A DNA stretch of 64,000 bases from NCBI GenBank assembly GCA_045651525.1, contig JAZRSO010000032.1:73748-137747 (forward strand). The letters run 5' to 3'. The notes beneath the pieces were generated by a model. It did not search any database and was not told the DNA's origin. It saw only the letters and a program-made list of their open reading frames with translations. Shown one piece after another: positions 9,806-17,198 of the stretch; position 1 is the stretch's first letter; each line of letters begins with the position of its first letter. The position numbers were made by a program, and so were the translations under genes. This stretch comes from Candidatus Enterousia sp. (lineage in GTDB: Bacteria; Pseudomonadota; Alphaproteobacteria; Rs-D84).

Positions 9806-9888
9806 GTCCACCAAAAATACAACGACCACGAATGTGGTCGTGTTATTTTTGGACAGACAAGCGGACGAGAACCCGTAACAGGGTTCGG
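9806..9888 (+). repeat. 83-bp direct repeat, copy 2 (pseudo tRNA 3-prime end plus terminator plus second hairpin)
   Basis: 82 of 83 positions are identical to 9618-9700. It includes gtccacca and the terminator hairpin, whose T-run is weakened to cgtgttattttt. Confidence 0.95.
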
Positions 9889-10003
9889 TTGTATGCCTGT
9901 ATTCCCAAGGGATTCATACCTATGCAAATATTTAAATAACACTGATAAAATCAAATTGTCGACATGAAACTTTGAACCTAAAAAAAATTAAAAGGAGAAA
10001 AAA

Positions 10004-10618
10004 ATGAAAAAAATAGCAGTTTCAGCATTAGCTGCATTAATAGCGTGTCCTGCGTTTGCTGGTATCAATCATCCAGATCAGGGCAGTTCTTGGCAAATGT
10101 GGGGTATGGACCCATATATCGGTTTAAGAGGTGGCTTAAGCTATACCAACTTAAATTATAAATATGATGGGAATAAAGAATCTGTTTCAGATTGGATTTT
10201 CCAAGGTCGTGCAGCGCTTGGTTTAGAAGTTTGTGATACAGTTCGTTCAGAAATGGAATGGTCTTATTTTGGTAAAACTTCTGACAAGGCAAGTTTTGGT
10301 GCAGCAGGTGATATAGATGTTCAGGCAAAGTTACAGACATTGTTATGGAACAACTATATGGAATTTGGCGATTATCAAATTGTTCGTCCATTCGCGGGTC
10401 TGGGTATTGGTATGGCATTCGCAGATGTTAGACGCGAAGGCGCATTGGTTCCACACCACAGCGAAAGCAAAACACGCGTTTCTGCAATGGCAACAATGGG
10501 TATGACATTTGATATGGAACGATTCGCTGTTGATGTTGCTGCGCGTTATACATATGTCGATATCCAATCAGGGTTACATAACTTTGGTGGCGATGTTGGT
10601 ATCAGATTTATGTTCTAA
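10004..10618 (+). CDS. outer-membrane beta-barrel protein (OmpA-like/OMP_b-brl type)
   Basis: Signal peptide MKKIAVSALAALIACPAFA. Alternating amphipathic strands. C-terminus GIRFMF ends in an aromatic residue. Confidence 0.7.
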   Translation: MKKIAVSALAALIACPAFAGINHPDQGSSWQMWGMDPYIGLRGGLSYTNLNYKYDGNKESVSDWIFQGRAALGLEVCDTVRSEMEWSYFGKTSDKASFGAAGDIDVQAKLQTLLWNNYMEFGDYQIVRPFAGLGIGMAFADVRREGALVPHHSESKTRVSAMATMGMTFDMERFAVDVAARYTYVDIQSGLHNFGGDVGIRFMF

Positions 10619-10646
10619 AAAAAACGCCCCAAACGGGGCGTTTTTT
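10617..10646. terminator. bidirectional rho-independent terminator
   Basis: aaaaaaaacgcccc-aaac-ggggcgtttttt lies between convergent genes. Confidence 0.85.
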
Positions 10647-11001
10647 ATACAAGTTTTGCAAGCGCAAGTTTATTTAAAAAACCTGTTTCAATTGCGCTTA
10701 GCAGTGAATTTATGCCTTCGTTCATATCGTCATCGTTTTGCAACTTTTCTAATAAAGAAATAATCTTTTCGCATGATTTTACTAAATCTGTATGTACAAG
10801 TTTTTGATTTAATAAGTCCGGCTTGAATGCGGATTTTTTATCTTCGGCCATAAAGTATGTTTCTGCAATTTCATCAACCCATGTATCAATATCTTCGTTT
10901 AGCCTGTCAAATAACAGGTGTTTAGAATAGTTGTTTGTGGACCAATGATTTATTTTGCAACTGTATTTAAATGCAATTAAATGTTGTATCAGTTCGTACA
11001 T
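10645..11001 (-). CDS. small ferritin-like/Dps-family four-helix-bundle protein (mini-Dps)
   Basis: 118 aa. KINHWSTNNYSKHLLFDRLNEDIDTWVDEIAE mirrors the Dps ferroxidase signature (HW..G..F..LH..F......D.IAER). Confidence 0.5.
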   Translation of the reverse strand: MYELIQHLIAFKYSCKINHWSTNNYSKHLLFDRLNEDIDTWVDEIAETYFMAEDKKSAFKPDLLNQKLVHTDLVKSCEKIISLLEKLQNDDDMNEGINSLLSAIETGFLNKLALAKLV

Positions 11002-11188
11002 GTTTCTCTCCTTTGTTTGTACGAAAATACGGTATCAAAATATGTGTTTTTGTTTTACAGGATTGAATTCAAAAAAATGCTCTATACGTTGTGTTTCTTG
11101 GAATTCCTAGGGAATCAAACCTGCGGAAAATTTTAATAAAGTGTAATATAGTTAATTTGTATCCATAACAAAACAAAGGAGAAATTAA

Positions 11189-11746
11189 ATGTCTAGTTTA
11201 ATGAAAAAAACATGTGTTTTTGCATCTGTGTTGGGTGCGGCAACAATGTTGGCAGGGTGTTCTGGTTGTCCAGAAAAAAGACATCATGTAAAGCATATGC
11301 ACAAAGCACAATATGTTCAGCCTGTTGAAATGATTGAATCTGATACAATCGTTGTTTATCAGACATATGAAAAAGCAGATGTAAACAGTTTGTATGCAAA
11401 AATGTACACCCACAGCAGTCATGGTGGTGAATCAAAAATGGGACATATCAAATTTCATGAAACAGATAATGGTCTGAAAATGGAAGTTGATTTGAAAGAC
11501 CTGCGCGCAGGTGTACCTTATACAATTAAACTGTATCAATGCAGTTCTTGCTATAATGATGTAAAATGCTGTCATAATTCCAAGGCAATGGATATAAGAA
11601 TGCCAATGTTGGAAACAGGGGTCAGTGGTAAACTGCATCAGACATATATGATTCAAGGCCTTAGCGCAGCACAGTTAAATGGTGCGAATATCTATCTGGA
11701 ACGCGATGGTGGATATAAAGCAGGCTGGGGTAAATTGGAAAAATAA
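11189..11746 (+). CDS. lipoprotein with a degenerate Cu,Zn-superoxide-dismutase-like (SodC-like) fold
   Basis: Lipobox MLAGCSG. GHIKFHETDNGLKMEVDLKDLRAGVPYTIKLY aligns by eye to SodC G.V.ITETDKGLEF..DLK.LPPGEHGFHIH. The His ligands are replaced. Confidence 0.5.
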   Translation: MSSLMKKTCVFASVLGAATMLAGCSGCPEKRHHVKHMHKAQYVQPVEMIESDTIVVYQTYEKADVNSLYAKMYTHSSHGGESKMGHIKFHETDNGLKMEVDLKDLRAGVPYTIKLYQCSSCYNDVKCCHNSKAMDIRMPMLETGVSGKLHQTYMIQGLSAAQLNGANIYLERDGGYKAGWGKLEK

Positions 11747-11766
11747 TTTTACGTTATACGCATGAT

Positions 11767-11799
11767 AAAACGCCCCGTGAAATATCGGGGTGTTTTTTA
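11767..11799 (+). terminator. rho-independent terminator
   Basis: cgccccg-tgaaatat-cggggtg followed by tttttt. Confidence 0.75.
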
Positions 11800-11854
11800 A
11801 TGTTGCTTTACGAAAATATTCTTATATTCTATACCTTATTCGGAAAGGTATAGA

Positions 11855-13420
11855 ATGCGTAAGTTTATATTTTCTTTGCTGACATTATTTTATACGACAC
11901 ATGCGTTTTGCGTTGATAAGTGCAGTGGATATTGGTGTTTTGATGTCGTTGGTGAAAAGTATGAAATAAATGATGATGTTTTTGTTCCAGAAAATATAAA
12001 TGTCATACCTGCTGAATTAGTAATAAAGGAATCTGTTTATATCAAAAATTATGGAAATGTTAGCCCAGACAAGATTACCGTTCATGACAGGTGTACGCTG
12101 TATGTTGAAAATAATGGCGTTATAAAATCTGATTTTGTTCTGGGTGATGACGCACAAATCGTTCAAGTTATAGCCGGTCTTGATAGTATGAATTCCGTAA
12201 ATTTTGGTGCGGATTATGTGCTTGATGTTAAAAATGTTGATGATGTTTTGTCACTGGCAGATGTTATTGATTTAGCAGATGGTGCAACCAAGGTTAATTT
12301 AGAAAACGTTCGTTTGGAAATAGATAGAATACCAACAGATAAATCAAAGATTGTCGAACTGGGAACGAATGTAGTTTTCGTTATAAAAGATGTCGCGGAT
12401 ATATACGATGCAACAATATTAGATAATGTGATTTTTAATGGTAACAGCGCACGATTTGAATCCAATGTCGTAGAAGACGCAATGTATTCAAATGTGGGGC
12501 ATTTGAATGTTGATGGCACATTGGTCATAGAACATGTGCGTGAAACAGAATATGAAGAAATCATAGATGGTGACAAAGGGGATTTTGTTGAATCTATTTT
12601 GGGCGAAAATGATAAATTAAAGGATGAATTGGATTCGGATACAAATATAGGCGATATCAACAATACTTTATCTAAAACAGCGTTGTTTAATCCTGATGTC
12701 TTGTATGATGTTTTGCGTGTAATAAATGTTGTCGACACTGTTGAGTTTGATTCGTTTGCACAAAGTGGTATTGGGGCATCTGTGTTTGGAATTTTGTCTG
12801 ATAATTTCTATGTGCGTGGTGCAGATATAAATGCGATTTCTGTTATAAAAGATAATTTAAATTTATCTTTGTCGTTAAAGGCGGGACAGATATTATATTC
12901 TTCTGATTTAGAAGATTTTGATGGGTATTTTTATGGGCTGAATTTATCCGGTCTTTATAGATTTGAAAATGATTTGTTCTTGCGTGCTGGTTTTGGCGTT
13001 ATGAATACTGTGTTTGATATAGACAAGGTTTGGTATAATAATAAAATTATTAAAGAACCAGATGCATTATCTGGTTACTTGGTCGCAGAATTTGGTAAAC
13101 GTTTTGTTTTGGGCGATTCGTTCGTGGTGTCACCATTTGTTGGTGTTGTATCTGAATTATATGATGTGGCTGGTAATTCTTATTCGGAATACAGCGGACG
13201 CGTTGGTGTAAGTGCAGACTATAAATATTCAATATCTGATTTGGAATATAGATATGGTGCCTTGGTAACTGTTGATACAAATGGTTTTGTATCATTGGCA
13301 GGCAATGTTGGTTTTGTGTTACCATTGGATATGATAAGTGGAAATTTAAAACTGACCGTTGTACGTACGTTGGATACATTCTCGTACAAGGCCAGTGTTG
13401 ATGCAAAATTATTGTTCTAG
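11855..13420 (+). CDS. autotransporter-like outer-membrane protein (Asp/Val-rich passenger plus C-terminal beta-barrel)
   Basis: Signal peptide MRKFIFSLLTLFYTTHAFC. The C-terminal ~250 aa shows an alternating beta-strand pattern and ends in KLLF. Confidence 0.55.
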   Translation: MRKFIFSLLTLFYTTHAFCVDKCSGYWCFDVVGEKYEINDDVFVPENINVIPAELVIKESVYIKNYGNVSPDKITVHDRCTLYVENNGVIKSDFVLGDDAQIVQVIAGLDSMNSVNFGADYVLDVKNVDDVLSLADVIDLADGATKVNLENVRLEIDRIPTDKSKIVELGTNVVFVIKDVADIYDATILDNVIFNGNSARFESNVVEDAMYSNVGHLNVDGTLVIEHVRETEYEEIIDGDKGDFVESILGENDKLKDELDSDTNIGDINNTLSKTALFNPDVLYDVLRVINVVDTVEFDSFAQSGIGASVFGILSDNFYVRGADINAISVIKDNLNLSLSLKAGQILYSSDLEDFDGYFYGLNLSGLYRFENDLFLRAGFGVMNTVFDIDKVWYNNKIIKEPDALSGYLVAEFGKRFVLGDSFVVSPFVGVVSELYDVAGNSYSEYSGRVGVSADYKYSISDLEYRYGALVTVDTNGFVSLAGNVGFVLPLDMISGNLKLTVVRTLDTFSYKASVDAKLLF

Positions 13421-13421
13421 G

Positions 13422-14729
13422 TTATTCTGAAAATTTACCGCGCAGTGATGCTTTGTTTGCAGCTGTGATGGTTATATTTGCCAAGATTGGGGCAGGGGTA
13501 TCATCAGACTGCTTTTCAACAACGCATTGTTGCATATATGGTGTGCGATAAATCAGGTGTTTGCCTGTTTTGTCTGGGCCTTCTAGTAAACATTCCATTG
13601 TTTTATCAATGCAACTGATATTAAATTCGCGTTGAACTTCATTTAGATATGTGTCCAGTTTGGACAGTCTTGCTGCCTTTATGTTTTCAGGAATCTGATC
13701 TGGCATCAGCGCCGCCGCAGTATGTGGACGTGGGGAATATTTAAATGAATAAGAATTGATGTATTTTATTTCTTCTGCAATTCGCATTGTTTGTTCAAAG
13801 TCATCATCTGTTTCGCCAGGGAATCCGACAATAAAGTCAGATGATATTTGTATGTCTGGACGTGCGATTCGTAATTTACGAATTATGTCTGTATATAATT
13901 CCAATGAATAAGGTCTGTTCATACGTGTTAAAACATTTTGCGAGCCACTTTGAATCGGCATATTTAAAAATGGTAATAGCTTTGGTTCAATCGCAAACAT
14001 TTCAATTAAATCATCTGTCATTTCTGTTGGGTAACTGGATGTAAATCTGATACGTTTTACCGAATCGATTTTTGCAGCCTGGCGAATTAAATCAGACAGG
14101 CGATATGTTGTGCCATTTTCATCTGTGTATTTATATCCATTTACATTTTGACCCAAGAAACAAATTTCAACTGCGCCAGTGTTTGCGGCATGAATAGTAT
14201 CGCGAACGCAATCATCAAATTTGCGTGATATTTCACGACCGCGTGTGTATGGAACAATACAGTACGTGCAGACGTGATTACAACCTTCTTGAATTGGAAT
14301 GTATGCAACAGTTGGTGATTTTTCCATTTGTGGCAATTCATCAAATTTTTCCAAACCGCCCAGGTCAATATTAAATAATTTTGCATCTGGATTTTCTAAA
14401 ATTTGTGGCAGTTTATGATAGCTCTGTGGCCCCAGAACAAAATTCAAATCTGGGATTCTGCGAAATGCATCACTGCCTGATTCGCGTGCAACACAACCGA
14501 CAATACCAAACAGCGCAGATGGCTTTTTTGCGCGTCTGATACGCCCCAGTGCAGAAAATACTTTGTCTGTTGCCTTGGCGCGGACAGCACATGTGTTTAA
14601 TATGATAATGTCTGCGTCAGAAATATCGTCTGTACGGCACATTCCGCGGTGTTCCAGCATCGCGGCAATTCGCCAGCCGTCATACACATTCATCTGACAA
14701 CCAAAAGTTTGAATAAAGAATTTTTTCAT
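13422..14729 (-). CDS. miaB: tRNA-2-methylthio-N6-dimethylallyladenosine synthase MiaB
   Basis: 435 aa. Contains the UPF0004 Cys triad (FGCQMN, NTCAVR, GC) and the radical-SAM motif CNHVCTYCIVP. Confidence 0.92.
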   Translation of the reverse strand: MKKFFIQTFGCQMNVYDGWRIAAMLEHRGMCRTDDISDADIIILNTCAVRAKATDKVFSALGRIRRAKKPSALFGIVGCVARESGSDAFRRIPDLNFVLGPQSYHKLPQILENPDAKLFNIDLGGLEKFDELPQMEKSPTVAYIPIQEGCNHVCTYCIVPYTRGREISRKFDDCVRDTIHAANTGAVEICFLGQNVNGYKYTDENGTTYRLSDLIRQAAKIDSVKRIRFTSSYPTEMTDDLIEMFAIEPKLLPFLNMPIQSGSQNVLTRMNRPYSLELYTDIIRKLRIARPDIQISSDFIVGFPGETDDDFEQTMRIAEEIKYINSYSFKYSPRPHTAAALMPDQIPENIKAARLSKLDTYLNEVQREFNISCIDKTMECLLEGPDKTGKHLIYRTPYMQQCVVEKQSDDTPAPILANITITAANKASLRGKFSE

Positions 14730-14734
14730 GATTT

Positions 14735-14902
14735 TTATTTATGCTTTGTATTGTTATATCTTGTTTGCAGGTGTTTTATTTGTGACCATTTTTTCGCACG
14801 CAGAATAAAATTCTTTTTATAACGATCTTCGCGTTCGCGGACTTTTACGCTTGCTTCAAATATTGCCATTTTACGCATCATTCTGATTAAATCATTTAAC
14901 AT
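14735..14902 (-). CDS. small basic hypothetical protein (55 aa)
   Basis: Hand-translated: MLNDLIRMMRKMAIFEASVKVREREDRYKKNFILRAKKWSQIKHLQTRYNNTKHK. It lies 5 nt upstream of miaB and 5 nt downstream of the 122-aa ORF. It falls below the 60-aa ORF-track cutoff. Confidence 0.45.
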   Translation of the reverse strand: MLNDLIRMMRKMAIFEASVKVREREDRYKKNFILRAKKWSQIKHLQTRYNNTKHK

Positions 14903-14907
14903 CTTGT

Positions 14908-15276
14908 TTACCTTATTCTGTTTTGAGTCTTATGATATTTTTGCTTGTTGTATCTTTGTTTGACAGTGTTATAACGCGATGTCATATTTTTTGTATGATA
15001 TTTTCGTGCGTTTTTTTCTTCCAACGACAGACCTGATTTGTCCATTATTGGTTCGGGGGGATTCTCCAATATTCTGGGGATGTTTTGCAATATTATATCT
15101 TCTGTGATGTTGATTGATGTATGAATTTTTTCAGCTTCGTCCAGTATGTCTGCTGTTGTATCCTCAGGTGTTTGTTGTGTAACCGTAACACATGCACCTG
15201 GCCGAATTTTTTCTATTTCAGCCAGTAACCTTGTTTTTATATCGTCTATTAATTTATGTGCAAAGATAACAATCAT
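14908..15276 (-). CDS. hypothetical protein (122 aa, acidic N-half, basic RYN-repeat tail)
   Basis: ORF-track entry. It starts 3 nt after the stop of the upstream 57-aa ORF. The tail reads ...SRYNTVKQRYNKQKYHKTQNRIR. Confidence 0.55.
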   Translation of the reverse strand: MIVIFAHKLIDDIKTRLLAEIEKIRPGACVTVTQQTPEDTTADILDEAEKIHTSINITEDIILQNIPRILENPPEPIMDKSGLSLEEKNARKYHTKNMTSRYNTVKQRYNKQKYHKTQNRIR

Positions 15277-15279
15277 TTC

Positions 15280-15453
15280 TTATTTTCGTCTTGTCCGAGA
15301 ATCGCGCAACTGTTTCATACGTGCCTTGGTTGTTTTTGCGATCATTTGGTTGTATCGTTGTTTTTGTGTGATTTGTAAGTCTGTAATTTCAATAGTATCA
15401 TATACAACACCTGTTACATGATTGTCTTCAACGATTCTGATAACTTTTGTCAT
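15280..15453 (-). CDS. small basic hypothetical protein (57 aa)
   Basis: Hand-translated: MTKVIRIVEDNHVTGVVYDTIEITDLQITQKQRYNQMIAKTTKARMKQLRDSRTRRK. An SD-like aaagga sits upstream. The gene is 19 nt downstream of the gatB stop. Confidence 0.45.
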   Translation of the reverse strand: MTKVIRIVEDNHVTGVVYDTIEITDLQITQKQRYNQMIAKTTKARMKQLRDSRTRRK

Positions 15454-15472
15454 TGTTTTATCCTTTTTGTTT

Positions 15473-16993
15473 TTATGCTAATTTTTTACGTAATAATTCG
15501 TTTACAACAGCAGGGTTTGCAGTGCCGCCTGTTGCCTTCATAACATTGCCGACAAAGAATCCCAGTAACCCAACTTTGCCAGATTTATATTGTTCAACCT
15601 GGGATGGGTTTGCGACGATTACATCGTCAATTATTTTTTCAATTGCACCAGTATCTGTCATTTGCTTCATACCAAATTTATCGGCAATTTCACGTGGTGT
15701 GCCACTTTCGCCGTCCAGCATTTTGATAAATATATCTTTGGCTTGTTTTCCGTTCACTGCTTTTTCTGAAATCATTTCAACCAATTCAGATAAATCAGAT
15801 GGTGTGATAATACGCATTTCATCAACAAAGCCGGATTTTTCATTTTTTTCATCCCAGTTTTCTGGGTGGGCAAACAGTTCACTTATCATCCAGTTTGCAA
15901 TTGATTTTGCGTTTTCTTTCTTGCCATTTACCGCTGTGTCAAACCAACGCGATACGTCTGTGTTTTCTGTTAAACGTGATGCGTCGTATTCAGACAGCCC
16001 AAATTCCGCCGTATAGCGGGCGCGTGTCTGTGATGGTAATTCTGGCATAGTGCTGCGAATACGTTCGATTTGTTCGTCTGTTATTTCAATCGGCAACAAG
16101 TCTGGGTCTGGGAAATAACGGTAATCCAGTGCGTCTTCTTTGCTGCGTGCGACAGTTGTTGTTCCGTCGTCTTGATGAAAGCGCATTGTGTCTTGGGTGA
16201 CAGTGCCGCCGTTTTCATAGATTTCGATTTGACGGCGCGCCTCATACTCAATGGCTGTTTTAATAAATTTGAATGACACCATGTTTTTTGTTTCTGTGCG
16301 GGTGCGGAATTCTGTTGACCCCACAGGACGTACAGAAACATTTACGTCGGCGCGCATAGAACCTTCTTCCATGTTTGCACGTGAAACACCCAATGCACGT
16401 GCAATTTCACGAATTGCACGCAGGTAACGTTCCGCTTCGTCTGGGGATGATATGTATGAATTGTTTTCTGGATTCTTTGTGTCCAAGAAAGTTACGATTT
16501 CCAGCAACATAACACCAGTACGATTGAAATCTACGAATGATTTAGCAGGGTGCATATCGTGTTTGTTTTTTGCAGCGTCTTGTTCCATGTGTGCGCGTTC
16601 AATAAATATCTTTTTTGGGTTGCCGTCGTCGCCCATAATTTCAACCCAACCACGACCAACAACAGGTGCTTCGTCGGCAGGTTGTGAAATCTGATAGCCC
16701 TGGGGCAGGTCGGGGTAAAAATATTGTTTGCGTGCAAAACGGCTGTGACGTGAAATCTCTGCGTTGATTCCCAATCCAAATTTAATTGCCTGTTCAACAC
16801 AGTGTTTATTCAATACCGGTAACATTCCAGGCATCGCAACGTCAATCATTGAAACCTGGGTGTTTGGGGATACAGATGGGTTATAGTCTGCAGATGCACC
16901 GCTAAATAATTTTGATTTAGATAACACTTCGATATGTGTTTCCAAGCCAATTACAACTTCCCAATCGCCTGTTTTGCCTTTTATTGTAAACAT
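15473..16993 (-). CDS. gatB: Asp-tRNA(Asn)/Glu-tRNA(Gln) amidotransferase subunit B
   Basis: 506 aa. Typical GatB N-terminus (WEVVIGLETHIEL...KLFS) and a C-terminal GatB/YqeY domain. Confidence 0.93.
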   Translation of the reverse strand: MFTIKGKTGDWEVVIGLETHIEVLSKSKLFSGASADYNPSVSPNTQVSMIDVAMPGMLPVLNKHCVEQAIKFGLGINAEISRHSRFARKQYFYPDLPQGYQISQPADEAPVVGRGWVEIMGDDGNPKKIFIERAHMEQDAAKNKHDMHPAKSFVDFNRTGVMLLEIVTFLDTKNPENNSYISSPDEAERYLRAIREIARALGVSRANMEEGSMRADVNVSVRPVGSTEFRTRTETKNMVSFKFIKTAIEYEARRQIEIYENGGTVTQDTMRFHQDDGTTTVARSKEDALDYRYFPDPDLLPIEITDEQIERIRSTMPELPSQTRARYTAEFGLSEYDASRLTENTDVSRWFDTAVNGKKENAKSIANWMISELFAHPENWDEKNEKSGFVDEMRIITPSDLSELVEMISEKAVNGKQAKDIFIKMLDGESGTPREIADKFGMKQMTDTGAIEKIIDDVIVANPSQVEQYKSGKVGLLGFFVGNVMKATGGTANPAVVNELLRKKLA

Positions 16994-17048
16994 TTTGTCT
17001 TTTTCCCTTGCTTTTTTGTTTTTTGTGTCTTATTATCTGTTCCGCGTT

Positions 17049-17124
17049 GGCTAGGTAGCTCAGTTGGTAGAGCAAGGGACTGAAAATCCCTGTGTCGGCG
17101 GTTCGATTCCGTCCCTAGCCACCA
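17049..17124 (+). tRNA. tRNA-Phe (anticodon GAA), CCA encoded
   Basis: Manual cloverleaf. Acceptor ggctagg/cctagcc, D arm gctc-agttggta-gagc, anticodon stem aggga/tccct with loop cTGAAaa, T arm ggcgg-ttcgatt-ccgtc, discriminator A plus CCA. Confidence 0.9.
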
Positions 17125-17141
17125 TCATCATCTCCTTTCTT

Positions 17142-17165
17142 TCGACCGTCGCGGTCGATTTTTTT
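17142..17165 (+). terminator. rho-independent terminator after tRNA-Phe
   Basis: tcgaccg-tcg-cggtcga followed by ttttttt. Confidence 0.7.
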
Positions 17166-17198
17166 ATGTCCAAAGAGATGATGTGATTATTCATTTTT

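Noticed and set aside
9584-9967. Four ORFs of 67-99 aa in the track overlap tRNA-Lys and the 83-bp repeats (9584-9829, 9655-9954, 9709-9939, 9764-9967).
   Set aside because: They overlap a tRNA gene and terminator hairpins on both strands. Their similarity to one another comes from the DNA repeat itself. They have no SD sequences. I treat them as non-coding.
15447-16016. Long antisense ORFs lie inside gatB (189 aa), parE (36082-36567, 161 aa), the autotransporter gene (12214-12738, 174 aa), the TcpQ-like/secretin junction (25485-26192, 235 aa) and elsewhere.
   Set aside because: These are shadow ORFs opposite confidently identified genes. They have low-complexity or Cys/Ser/Ile-biased composition and no start context.
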